Positions 12,457 to 25,400 of a DNA stretch of 64,000 nt are shown piece by piece (the stretch's first letter is position 1; every line of letters starts with the position of its first letter). The translations under genes and the position numbers were made by a program. The notes under the pieces are model-generated. The model had not been told where the DNA came from, made no database searches, and saw only the letters and a list, made by a program, of their open reading frames with translations. Source of the DNA: Azolla caroliniana (taxonomy: Eukaryota > Plantae > Polypodiophyta); NCBI GenBank assembly GCA_043228905.1, contig JBHGNT010000002.1:14818001-14882000 (forward strand), given 5' to 3'.

Positions 12457-13289
12457 CATGGTTGTTTACGTACCCGTATTTAACGTTTAAATACGTATAG
12501 TACCTCATCATTTGTATAGTACGTACTATACCTCAATGTTGTTCAGTCAAATATCATGTACATTTGTCCAATATGGTATTTAACGTATTTATAAAAAAAC
12601 AGGTATAATATGTATTTATAAAGAAAATGTAAGTAAAACCCTAACAAAAAGCAGAAGAAAAATAAGATTTTAGTGAAAAAGAAGCCAAAGGAAGGAAGAA
12701 AGAAGAATAGAAGAGACAATGATGAAGAAGATGAAGAAGAAGAAGAAGAGAGAAAAGAAGACATAAACCTGTCCTGAGTGTGATAATCGCAAAAGATAGA
12801 AGAAGAAGAAGAAGAAGAAGAAAAGAGAAACCTATCATGAGTGTGATAATCGTAGACGATTCCTCAATCTATGAAGGCATAATTGTAAATAATTACAATT
12901 TGAAGTAGAACATCATGATACACACTTACACTAATTTATAAAATAAGGGAATGTCGACATCCATATTACTACAGGTATTTTAGGATGTGAAATGTTCAAA
13001 TGTCTTATATGCATTTTAGGATGTAGAACTATATTGTACATCACAAAATTGTGTAAACATAGATGTTTTTTACAATATTATAGATATTTTTGAGAAAGGT
13101 AAATAATTTTCAAATTCTAGAAGTATTTAACGTACTATACGTAAAATACGTACTTTACGTATTTTATAAGTATTTAACATATTAATAAAATGTATTTAAC
13201 GTATTTTTAAATTGGGAGGTACTATACAGGTATTAATACGTTAAATATGTAGGGTATCCGTACAATACCTAACGTATCTAACAACCTTG
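12457..13289. mobile_element. hAT-type MITE / non-autonomous DNA transposon
   Basis: TIR CATGGTTGTT / AACAACCTTG (9 of 10 match); 8-bp TSD ATACGAAG / ATACAAAG; AT-rich, non-coding, subterminal TACG/CGTA motifs. Confidence 0.85.
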
Positions 13290-14221
13290 ATACAAAGGCC
13301 TAGGTTCGGTACGACAATACCACGGGAGAAGGTGTGGAACAAGCCACCTTCTCGACTTACAGAGGAACGATGGTCAAGAGAAAGGTCGAAGACTCGAGAG
13401 CAGGAAATGCCTCTTTGAGAGTGGACAAGTATTTCGGAACACATGTTGTGTCCAAAACATCAAGTGATGAAGAAACAAATATGAAAAAACCTTGTGTGAT
13501 CGAGGAAGACAATGGGTACAAGGCCCATGAGTTTGAAGAGATAGCTGTGGAGAATGACGTCGAGGTGAAGAGGGTAGACGGTGACCCTGAAGACACTTTC
13601 CCCACAATGGTTCTAGAGACTTGGGCATTAATTGACATAAGACCCAAGAGACGGAAGGTGGCGAAGAGGAAGCAAAGGTCAAAGATGATACGAACAACCT
13701 CAAGGTGGAAGTGGCTAAGGGTAGCACGACAAAGATAGACTACGAAAACGTATGGATCCCTCTGTCAAGAGAGAGAGAGAGAGAGAGAAAGTGAGATAGA
13801 GAGATAATTGAAAGAGAATTATTATATTGAAGAGTAAAATGGATTACAAAGAGTAGGCTACAAAATGGCGTTGAACCAATTTAGGTTTGGGATGAGTGGT
13901 AGATCCCTATTTATAAGTAATAGAGAACACTCTAGAATATTCTAGGTTATCCTAGAATGTAGAGTAATCTAGAAGATCTCTAGAGTATTCTAGAAGGTTC
14001 TAATGATATAGAACATTCTAGAATATTCTAGGTCATTCTAGAATGTAGAATAATATAGAATATTCCTATAATATTAGATTTCATATTCTAAAAACTATAC
14101 ATATAACAATATTAATACAATGGTGAAGGATTTGACATGTGTACAACAAGGTCGTGGGTTCAAATCTTTTCGAGTCATAATGTGAGTGTCATGATCCTTT
14201 TGATGCATGATGTGAGTGTTA

Positions 14222-17200
14222 TCATGACACTATCCCCCTCCTTCGACGAAACTTCTCACAGGTTGTAGGGTTTGTATTAGTACCTGGTTTACGAGGATAT
14301 TGGCGATGAAATGCAGTGACGAGTTTTGCAGCATTGCAAAGATTTGCAGCAGGTTCCCAAGTTCGATCATTGGGGGTATAGCCTAGCCAATCGACTAAGT
14401 AATACAACTTGTTGCGCACGATTTTAGAATTGAGAATGACAGCAACTTCAAATTTGGGTCCGTCTAAGAACTCGATAGGTGGTGGGGGTGTCGTAAGACG
14501 GCCCAGAATTGAACTTGTAGTATAAGATTCCAAAAGGGATACATGGAACACCGGATGAAGCTGCCTGTGTGGAGGGAGGTCAAGACGAAATGCAACATCA
14601 CTTATCTTACCAGTGATCATGTAAGGGCCAAAACGTTGGTAATCCAATTTACTGCAAGGTCGAGTGGTCTTGATGTTGTGTTGGAGAAGCCATACATGAT
14701 CCCCAACGCGGAACTTTTTTTAGGAGTCTAGACGATGACGATCGGCAAGCCTCTTGTGTGTAACTTGAGGATAGTGCAAATTGTGGAGAATGGTAGCATG
14801 AATTTCTTGGAGGCGACTAAGACGATCCTCGGCAGCAAGCTTGGTAGGAACTTCTGGATGCGCATTCATCGTCCACCGAGGATGACAACCCGTATTTGAG
14901 AAAAATGGGGAATATCTTGTAGAATAATGGGCTAAGTTGTTGTCAGCAAATTCCGCCCAGTGCAAAAAATCAACCCAATCATCTTGTTGATAGTTGATGA
15001 AACAATGAAAATATTGCTCCAACATTTGGTTGGTACGCTCAGTTTGGCCATTTGTTTCGGGATGATAGCCCGAAGAAAGCTTAACCGAAATGTGGAGAAG
15101 TTTGAACATGTGCTTCCAAAGCTTTGAGGTGAATTGTGGACCACGATCACTAATAATATCATCCGGCAGACCATGATGCTTAAATACCTCCTGCATAATG
15201 AGATCAACCACCCCTTGACTAATAATCGACTTCGTACATGGCAAGAAATGTGCCATTTTGGTAAATCGATCAACCACTGTGAGAATTGCATCAAAACCTT
15301 TTGAAATTGGAAGATCAGTAATGAAGTTCAAGGATATAGACTTCCAAGGACTTTCCGGAATGGGAAGTGGTTGTAGTAAACCATAGGATCGGTGGCGAGG
15401 ACTCTTTGATCGACAACATATATCACAGCTCTGAACATACTCCTCAACAAAGTGACGAAGACGAGGCCACCAATAGCATCGAGAAATTAATTCTAGAGTC
15501 TTGCGAACTCCAAAATGATCAGCCATTGGTGAGTCATGGCAATGTTGTAAAACTTGTAGTCATGGGGGACCATTAGGAACATACAATAGATTTTGTCGAA
15601 ACAGGAAACCACCATGCCAATAGAACAAACGATAGTCATTACGAGGATTTTTCGACTGTGAGCAAGAAGCACGATTTGGGAGGATATGATCCAAAACATC
15701 CTTGGCGAAATTATCAGTGGCCATATGATCTCGAATGGAATCAAGAAGAGTGGAATTTTCAAGAGTTGTTATGGCGTTAACTACCATTAATCGTAAGCGA
15801 TTGGGACCCAAAAGGATTTGTTTTTGATGCTCAAATGTAGGTTCCCCTGGACAAAGTTCCATATATATTAAGAGCCCCGAGAAAGAGCATCTGCTTTGCC
15901 TTGCTGCATCCTAGGGCGATATATGATTATAAAGTCGAAGTGAGCCAAAAATTGCGCCCACCGGACTTGTTGTTGACTCAAGACTCAAGCATTTTGGAAA
16001 TAAGCCAAGTTCTTATGATCATTGTAGACAATGATCTGCTGAGAAGAACCTTCTAGAAAATGTCGCCATTGTTGAAACGAATCCACAATTGCAAGAAGCT
16101 CTTTGTCATGGATCTCGTAGTTGTTCTCTGTAGCTTCAAACTTTTGTGAATGAAAGGCGACAGGGTGTAGCTGTCCATCATCTCTAGTCTGCGAGAGGAC
16201 ACTCCCTAATGCAAAATCGGATGCATCGGATTCAAGGAGGAAGCGTTCTATTGGGTCGACATGTGCTAAGATAGGTGCCGTTGTAAATGCTCATTTTAAG
16301 CTTTCGAATGCCTTAGCTGCATCTGAACTCCATATAAATGGTTGATCTTTATGTGTGAGTTGAGTAAGCGGAAGCACAACCTTGGAATAATCTTTAATAA
16401 ATTTCCGATTATAATTTGCAAACCCGATAAAACATTGCACATCACGCACTGAAAGGGGGGTTTGCCACTCTAAAATTTCTTGCACCTTCATGGGGTCCAT
16501 ATCAATACCATCTGATGATACAACATACCCCAAAAATTCCACTTGATTTTGGCCGAAACTACACTTTTCTAATTTTGCGTAGAGACCATATTCTCGGAGT
16601 CAACGCATTACTTGACGAGCATGTTCTTCATGCACCTCTTTGGTCTTCGAGTAGATTAAAATATCATCTAGGTAAATTATAGTGAAGATATCAAGAAAAT
16701 CTCGAAAAATATTGTTCGCCATATGTTGGAAAACAATAGGTGCATTCATGAGACCGAATGGCATCACAGTATACTCAAAATGTCCATAGCGAGTGAAAAG
16801 TTGTCTTCCATTTATCCCCCGGGCAAATCCGAACTAGATTATATGCTCCGCGAAGTTCCAAGTTCGTGAAATATTTTGCACCACTAAGACGTTCCAAAAG
16901 ATTCAGGATTAATGGTAGAGCATATCTATTCCGGATAGTCACTTTGTTTAGCCCTCCATAATCCACGACCAACCGAAGAGTCCCATTCTTCTTCTTAACG
17001 ATGAAGATAGGTGCACCCGCAGGGGATCTAGAATGCCGAATGAATCCGTTTGCTAGATTCTCATCAATATATTCCCCCAAAGTCTCTACCTCTACAGGGG
17101 AAAGATTATAAATTGGGCCCCATGGAGGTTCTTTCCGTGGTTGTAAGTCAATAGGGCAGTCGTATGGCCGATGCTCCGGCAATGTATTGGCCTTCACCTT

Positions 17201-18987
17201 ATCAAAGACATCTGAAAACTCTTTCTATTTCTCTGGTAGTTTAATGTCCGCTTCACATGAAGTGGATGATGGAGTTGCTACTATTCCAAAGACGAACATG
17301 GCCTCGTTCCCCCCTTCCTCCCGCAACTATCGTAAAGATAGGGTCGATAACTCCGGGGATCTATTATCACATGTAGGAGAGAGGGATGCGGGGTTTGTGT
17401 TTTTTCCCTGGGTCTCCACAATTGTTCTTTTCATCCAATCAATCTTCGGGTTATGGAGTTCAAACTAAGGGAGACCTAGAACTATTGGGTGTTCCGAACT
17501 ACGAATAATGTTGAAAGAGATTATGCTTGCCAAATCGCCAAGAACTATCCTAATTGGCTAGGACTCCTCGACTATATCTCCTGATGCTATGGGACATCCA
17601 TCAATGACTCCTATGGCTACTGGGCTGGGAAGCTTATTCAAGAGGATGTTTTGTGACAAGGCAAATTCAAGATCCATGAAACAAGAGTTGGCTCCAGAAT
17701 CTAGGAGGGCAGAGGCTAGGACTCGATGACATGTAGATGTGGTAAGTTCGACTTATGTTGAAAAAACCATACTCACTTGATTTAATGAAATGGAACCACG
17801 ACTAGGAACTAACTCTACATAGCTAGGATGGTCCAGCCAAATGGCTCCTATTTTGGCCGGACTTACTTGTTTAACACATCCTCTAATTGGCTCAAGACAT
17901 CGAATCTATTCTCATGGCATGGACTATTAGGCTTACTTATGTTATTAGAAGTAACAATAGAACTCGATGTAGGGTTTTCAGAGGCACTTACTTGGCATAG
18001 TTGACGCCTAGGTTTATGTGGAGAATTTACAACTATATGTCTTGGACCACCACAATACATGCAGAGGCGATGCGCTCGATGTCGTTGCTTCTTAGCATCT
18101 GATAACGGCCCATGATGTTGTGTTGACTCTATTTCCATCGGAGTTGGGACATCCCTTGTAATGGGTCTAGAAACTTGTCAAGGCGTTGCGACTACGGCAG
18201 CGTAAGTCTGCTCAGGTTGGCGGCATAACATTTGTTGGCACTCAAAACGTCGCTCAAATAGGTGATTATCACATCGCACGGCTCGACTAATGGCTTCTGT
18301 AAGCGACTTCGGATCTTTAGGGAAAGTAAGAAGAATATCTTTGACATCATTTCGCAAACCTTGACAGAATTGATCCATTAAGGCCGCCTCATCCCAAGGG
18401 ATATCGCATGCCAAGAGACGAAAATCAGTTGCGTAAGCCGACGCGGGACAATCTCCTTGTCAGAGCCTTCGAATCTTGTTTATCGTTGTCCTAGTGTTAT
18501 CGGTGTCGCCGAAACTAGCTTGAAACTCTTTAACAAATGCCTCGAAATCCTCCAGCAATGGTGATTTCTTCTCAAGAAGTGGTGTGAACCATGCTAACGC
18601 TATACCGCATAGCAAAGTTCTCACTAATCCCACATGAGCAGCATCAGTTGGATACCGATTGGGATGTAGCTGAATAACCAGACAAACTTGATTCAAAAAG
18701 CCTCGAAATAAAGACCTCGTACCATCAAACTTGGCGGGGAGGCTGATCTTTGGCTCTCTAGGGGAGTTCTAAACCCTTGACTCTTGCTCTCCTAACGACA
18801 ATATAGTCGCCTCGAGTTGATGAACCCGCTGTGATAACTCTTCATATTGTTGAGCTTTTTCAGTGCTCACTTGTTGTAGGTCTCCAAGAAGCCTTTGATT
18901 CTCATGCTCTCATGCCACAAATTTATTTGTGAGCATGTCGAGCTCAGAAAGAACACGCATGCATTCTTGTTTGCTCACGGACTCCAT
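14222..18987 (-). pseudogene. Chromovirus gag-pol with C-terminal chromodomain
   Basis: LPEHRPYDCPIDL, RGAYNLVRI, HFGVRKTLELI, IISDRGPQF, LHPVFHVSLL; chromodomain FEV..IL...YYLVDWLGYTPNDRTWEP. Confidence 0.95.
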
Positions 18988-19061
18988 AGCTTATGAGGGC
19001 AGAGGAGAAGGAAGAAGAGAACTTGTTAGGGTTTGTGGAAGACCAAGAAATGAAAGGAAAA

Positions 19062-19073
19062 AAATTGGTTCAA
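19062..19073 (-). promoter_or_regulatory. Self-priming-type PBS, complementary to LTR sequence 19194..19205
   Basis: AAATTGGTTCAA (19062) is the perfect 12-nt inverse of TTGAACCAATTT (19194), which lies about 25-30 nt downstream of the minus-strand TATAAAT. Confidence 0.8.
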
Positions 19074-19078
19074 ACTAT

Positions 19079-19114
<36 letters not shown>

Positions 19115-19419
19115 TGAAATAGAGAGATAATTGAAAGAGAATTATTATATTGAAGAGTAAAATGGATTACAAAGAGTAGGCTACAAAATGGCGTTGAACC
19201 AATTTAGGTTTGGGATGAGTGGTAGATCCTTATTTATAAGTAATAGAGAACACTCTAGAATATTCTACGTTATCCTAGAATGTAGAGTAATCTAGAAGGT
19301 TCTAGTGATATAGAACATTCTAGAACATTCTCGGTCATTCTAGAATGTAGAGTAATATAGAATATTTCTATAATATTAGATTTCATATTCTAAAAACTAT
19401 ACATATAAGAATATTAATA

Positions 19420-19470
19420 CAATGGTTAAGCAGTTGACATGTGTACAACAAGGTCGTGGGTCCAAATCCT
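19420..19470 (+). other. tRNA-like relic within chromovirus LTR (also at 14118..14167 and 63652..63700)
   Basis: CAATGGTTAAGCA (D-loop-like), GTTG-ACATGTGTA-CAAC stem-loop, AAGGTCGTGGGT(T/C)CAAATCC (T-arm/B box); no acceptor stem. Confidence 0.6.
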
Positions 19471-21510
19471 TTGGACTCATAATGTGAATGTCATGATCCT
19501 TTCGATGCATGATGTGAGTGTTATCATGACACCCTCCACAGTTGTTCGAGAGACTTGGGCATTAACCAATGTAAGACCCAAAAGAAGGACAGTGGTGATG
19601 AGGAAGCAAGGGCCGACGCGGATGCGTGCGACAGAGAGATAGCCAAAGAGATGGCTATGGACAAGATGACAAATGCAAAAGTCGATAAAGATGAGAATCC
19701 CTCCACATAGGTTCTGGAGAGTTCTGCAGTTATTGCCCGAGAACCAACATAAGACCAGAGATGGAAGGTGGCGGTGAGGAAGCGAAGGTCAAAGCTAATA
19801 CATATAATGAAGAGGTCAAACAAAGCACAATAGTGCATGATGAGGGTCAAATGAAAGAAGTGACTTCGAAGAGAATTCCGTAGGATTTGATCACAATATC
19901 TAATTCGAAAGAGGACACCATTATGAAGATCGAACCATCGATGGTCAACTCTCACATGAGAGCATATTATGAAAATGGAAGAAGTGGAAAACATGCTATC
20001 TGGTAGTCTAAGGGCCTAAATGTGAGTATGTACTTGAAGCATGGGCTACAGGGAATAGTCAAAGTCAATGTTCCGATGAGGCCTAACAAAAGACAAGCTT
20101 GGATTGATAGAAGAAGGAAGATTGAAGTGTTGTCCATAAAGATGATCGAAATGAAATCGACACATGCATGGTGCATGAAGGGTTATGCTTGGGGAAGGCG
20201 GAAGAGGCCATGACAACCGGTCGTGGTGATGCAAAGTTCTGTCGAAGGATTTGGTGGTTTGGATGGTTCCCATGGCTATGGTGGAAAGAATGGTCATGGT
20301 GGCATTGGAAGAGATCTAAGGAGCCAATGAGCAGGTTCAAGGTCAATCTCAATCATTGATAGTTCGGTTATGAAGAAAGGAAAATATTCAGAGAAGGATT
20401 AAAGATTTCAACTAGGCGGATGTAACTCGGTACCACACTTGGCACATACCGATGGATGTGCAGGTTTGGTAGGGGTGAATGTCGTGTGATTCTTCACACA
20501 TGATATGAAAAATAATGAAATAATTATGTTAGATTAGCTTAATGGCTTGGTATGAAAAGATGGACGTGTTCAAGAGCTTCCGAAACTATATATGAAACAA
20601 ACAACTACGTATCAAGTTATGTGAGTATGAATCTTGAGAAGATGGGAAACAGAACTGTAAGATATCCCACATAAACAGGACAACATCGGATCTAGCAGTA
20701 TATAAGTAGACCCAGAACCCATTACTTTGTATTTGTGTGTTTGGAGCATTAAGGCCAAACTGTTCAGACGAACGGATGCGACTAAATTGCCTAGACGAAT
20801 TGATAAGGATGACCTAAAAACGATTTTGGAATGGGATCAACGAGTCAGGATACATGGGATGCGCAGATCGGTCGGGATGATTGGAATTGTTGAATTGTTC
20901 GGAACGGCTAGGCGATATGTGTAGTGCACGGGTCGTCACGTACTTGAACGTGGAGGCCATGCAGCTAAAGTAAACGTTATTTGGGACGCCGTAATTGAAC
21001 GTGAAGTCCATACAACTAAAGAAAACGCCATGTGGGACGCATGCAACTGAATTGGGGGGATGGAAACTGGAGTTCCTTCATGCAAGTGTATCTTCCAGTG
21101 GTAACAAAGAAAAATCCTAAAAGGGGCCAGTGGCTCAGAAAATCTTAGAATTTGGGGGAAAGGAAAAATCTATCAAGGAGAAAACCCTAACCCTAATTTT
21201 CCTTACGGAAGCCATATCTCTCTCAAAAACCCTTATTTTCCTTATCGAAGGGTTATCACTCAAAAACCCTAATTTTCCTTACGGAAGCCATATCTCTCAA
21301 AAACCCTAATTTTTCTTATATATTAATCTCTTTAAGCCTAAACTTCTATAATCACAATCTTGGGATAGATTGTAATTTTCTTTTCTTTGCTAATGAAAAA
21401 TTATTAAATTTTCTCATTTCCGTTAATTCTTAAAGTATAAACGCACGAATTTGATATCTTCTGGTCGGAGGCCCCGAGGTCCTGCCTCAAGTTCACGTAC
21501 CTTCGCGACA

Positions 21511-21971
21511 ATGCTTGATTAAGAGAAGGTGGGTCTCCTCACGGATTAAGGGCTCACGACCGACTGGACCATTGTTAAGAGAGTATGTAGTCATTTTGAC
21601 AAGTGGCGGCAGTGGAACGATGCAGGGGCGTCAGCGGCCGGACCAACCACTGGGAAGAGGACAGAGGTGATTCCGACTCGGTTAGAAGATACTAGGAGGT
21701 GGCTTGAGTTGGGCGTGTTTCCAACCGACGTGATGAAAGGCCTATTCGAGGGCGCAACTCTGGAGGAGCTAACGAGGATGGTACGAGACCTTTAGATTGC
21801 CCAGGCCCGGAGGGAAGGCAACGGTCAATCACATGATCAACGCTCACCGAACGACCAGAGGTGCATGTGGTGTAATGCCTTCGGCCACATGCGGAGAGAG
21901 TGCACTGATTTCGCTGAAGCACTCAAGAACAATGTTGTGTACCTTTGGAATGGACGGGTGCACGTATGCGA
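21511..21971 (+). pseudogene. Gag fragment of an old Gypsy (outermost host element); continues at 44865
   Basis: Manual translation GLTTDWTIVKRVC and zinc knuckle CMWCNAFGHMRREC; frame continues across the TSD into 44865. Confidence 0.75.
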
Positions 21972-22434
21972 TGTTACTCCTTAGGGTCGGACAATAGCCT
22001 AACACAGGGTGTCTATAGAAGACACTTCACCAAAGGGTGTTACAGTGAAATAGGGTTAGATCGATGATTAATCAGACCTTAATTGGTTACTTAAGCAATA
22101 TCTCCTTAATCTTAATACACGCGTAAGATAGAAAGTAATTAGTGCAGAACGGTAATCAATACACTGAGATAAGAAAATAGAGCTTTATTAATTATCCGTC
22201 GTCATTTACAATGTAACTGGGCCTCTTTATAGATCACCGGCTCTTCCTACAAAACAGTGCCAACCGGCACACTAATATGAACCGGTCCGGATCTTGTCGG
22301 CATACCGATTCCGGTCCGTCCGTTCACTTCTCTAAAATCTACTTAATTACTTAATATCCTAATAACAACTTCTGATTATTTCTACCCTTTCCTATTCTGG
22401 ACTGTCCTCCAGTCCTTATTGGCTGGCTAACACA

Positions 22435-22451
22435 TGGCACGCCCGTGGGAC
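22435..22451 (+). promoter_or_regulatory. Inverted PBS-like (tRNA-Arg) motif at the PPT position of Gypsy B
   Basis: TGGCACGCCCGTGGGAC 2 nt from the LTR end at 22432. Confidence 0.85.
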
Positions 22452-22485
22452 AGTACCTTGTACGTCGAATCCCACTAACTGGCCT

Positions 22486-25400
22486 TCAATCCTCGTCTAA
22501 AATGTCCAGAATGCTCTGATCGAGGGGCTCTAAGGGTTCTTCGGAAGGCTGATCGGACTGTTGCGGCTCCTCCTGTTGTTGCTTCTCCTGCTATTGTTGC
22601 TCCTCCTACGGCTGCTCCGTTGGCTGTGACCGTTGCTCTGGCTGCTGCTCCGTTGGCTGTTGCTGTGATTCCTACTATTGCGCGGTCTCCATCTCTTCTG
22701 GGCGTTGCTCCTCCAATGGCTGTTGCGCTGCTCTCGGTGCCAGTGGTTGTTGCAGCGCTTCCTCCCTTGGCTGCTCCTCCTGAGTTACATCCGGTTGGCT
22801 TGTCCCGGCCTTGCCTCTGTCCGTCCCTTGCTCCGACGATGGCTCTTCATCACTGAGATTGATTGTTGTCGTGCTCTTTGTCGCCTCTTGTCGTAGCCTC
22901 TCCTTTTCGTAACTTTCAAACTGGATTTAGTTATCCAGCCAATCATTGTCTAGTTGTGCCACTAGTTGCCGGACCACCGTTATTTGTTCATCAGCCAAAA
23001 CTACGAAGTCCTCCGCCAATTCATCTTTCACGGCAGCAAAGCCTTCCTTTTCCAGCTTATAGAACTCATCGCCTTCTTTCTGCCAGTTTTCCGCGTCCGC
23101 CCTCAGCAACTGTAGCTTGGCAGCATGCTTCACCCATTTTGACCACCATAATACTGAGTTGTCCTCAATCAAACGCTTTGTTCGATTCTTCCATGCATGT
23201 ACAATGCACCGGATCCGCTCCAGCCCCATCTTTGATTTGTCTTCAGCAGCCTGTCGGTCATCTTTCAACTGTTTGATTAGGTTTGCTGTCACCACCTCCT
23301 GGTCCTTGTAGCGCACCAGTTGATTCTGATACATTGTCTGCACTCTTTGTAAGACCATAGTAGTGCGTTCCGTTTCCGCCTGATGTTGCATCTGGAGTTC
23401 CATGCGTTCCTGCGCCGCTTCAGCTCCTATGGTTTCCTTCTCAGCCCGTTCTTCCGCTAGTCCCGTCTCCGTCCGTTGCATTTCATTCGGGAGCTCGAAC
23501 ATCTTCTCCTGCTGCCAGTCACTGTCGGTGATGAGCTTCTTGTATTCTGACTCAACATGTTTATAAAGAATCCCGGTGCAGGCGGTCAAACTCTTCTGTT
23601 TTCTGCTTCAGCTTCTGATTGATCTGGCGGCGAGCTCGGTCTTCCCTATCCTTTTGCTACCGAAGCTCTTCTTTGAGCCTCTCGATCTCCGTTTCCTCCA
23701 TCCTTCAGAGTTTATCCTTCTCTTGCAGCACTTTTTCTTTCTCTTCCTTAAGCCGGTCATAGGCTTGGTGTCCCTTCCGCTGAGTTTCTTCTGCTCGTCG
23801 GAGATGGTCAGCAGTCTTCCGTTGTTCCTCCTCTGCCGCCATTTTTAATTCTCTTTCCCTGGCCCTTAATGCTTCCTATGCGGCCAAGTCTTCTATGAGA
23901 ACGGCAAGCTCTTGTGCTTGCGTTGTAATTATATTCGGGTTTGTTCCCGGCACCGGGGTTGCATTATTATGTACAGTTGCCGATGTTTCATTATTTTGTA
24001 CATGTATAGGAGCCACCGGTTCCTGTTCCTGGGGTCGTGTGATGATCTTCTTAGCCAATTCTTCCTTGGCTATTTCCACTTCTCGTTCCAAGCTCTGGAT
24101 CCTTGACCGGGCCTTCTCTAGTTCTCCGGTTGTGGCTAGCAACCGGTTCACTTGTGCTTTCTCCTCTACCTCCATATAATGGACCACTCCGGCTATTTGC
24201 TCACTGATCCACCGCAACCATTGGCTGTCGGTGCCTTGTGGCCATGTTGGCGTGGAGGGTTGACCAATTTTTGTGCTTGCTAGTGTCCTATTTGGTCTGG
24301 TGGACAGCTCTGGCTCTCGTTGAGTACCACTTGGCAGCACCGGCTCTGGTTCTGCCTGAGTCAGCCGTTCCAGCTCTGGTTGGTCCTGGTGTGCCGGTGA
24401 TGTAGACAACAGACTCATCGGCTCCTGGATCACCGGTCTTGTCATGCTCTGACCCACCTGTGGAGTCTGTGGCGCACGTACTTCTGTGACTGGTTCCGCT
24501 TCCACCCTTGGCTCTGGGCCCTCAGTGCGGGGTATCGGCGTCCTATCCTTTTCTGGACCCGATTACTTCCCAACATGGTTTGCAGTGATCTTCTTCTGGT
24601 ACCACTGGAGGTGCTCACTGGGCTCCTCCGCCGTTTCCCCTCCTGAGTCCCTAGATTGATTTTCATGGCCAAGGGATCTGGCTCCTATTGACCTGGTCGG
24701 CGAAATGTAATTTTTATTGGCCGTGCCGGTGTTGCCTCTTGCGTCTCCACCTGGTTAGGCCGCTCGTTTGCCGTTTTCTCAGTGTCGCCTCCTTCCCCTT
24801 GGTTGCCTTAGCAGCCAATAGCTGCTACCGTTTTGAAGCCGTTTTGGAGGTTCCTTCGGTTGATCTTCCCCACTTCCTTGCCGTGTTGCGCTCCATTGGT
24901 GGTGCTAACAGTGTGAGCCATTGCGCCATCGCCGACCATATTTTTCTTCCATCCTTCCCTCTTACCAAGTTGATGGCCACGCGTAGTTTGTCGGCGATCA
25001 GCACCGACCAGTCCACTTGTAGACCTTCATATGTGGCGATAATTAACCCGGCTCTGTTCCTAGGTATTGCCGGGGGTCGAGGGTACACATGGCCATACTC
25101 GTGCAGTACACAAGCAATCTCACAAAATAAGCCATCCTCGCCGCCGTGTTTGTGATATGCCTTGCTGCCAGAGAATACTCACCAAAGTATTTCGTGAGAT
25201 GCTCCGGGGTAGGGTTGTCGACGGTGAAGATGCCGCCGTCTGGTAGGCCCATCAGGTGCGGATGACCTCCTCTGTGATTACTTCTATGTCGATGCCTTTG
25301 ACCACCCTTTCTGCCTCTTTGTGTGGTGGTGCCTCCATGATCCTCAAGAATCCTTCCAATCCGTGTTGCTTTAACCACTTCTTGCCTGCCTCAGAGAGTG

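Larger units (their letters stand above)
13763..19531 (-). mobile_element. Full-length degenerate chromovirus (Tcn1/Tf1-like Ty3/Gypsy)
   Basis: LTRs 13763..14229 and 19076..19531; TSD CCCTC on both sides; minus-strand PPT AGGAGGGGGATAG at 14230..14242. Confidence 0.95.
11842..21510 (+). mobile_element. Old non-autonomous (LARD-like) LTR element with tRNA-Trp PBS; hosts a MITE and a chromovirus
   Basis: LTR tail CCTCAAGTTCACGT...CGACA at 11842..11891 matches the end of LTR 20480..21510 (TGTCG...CGACA); PBS TGGTGAACCCAACGTGAA at 11896..11913; G-rich tract GGTAGGGGTGAA before 20480; Gag-like ORF 11948..12397; no pol motifs seen. Confidence 0.75.

Noticed and set aside
19420-19470. Functional tRNA gene
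   Set aside because: No acceptor stem and an abnormal anticodon loop; kept only as a tRNA-like relic
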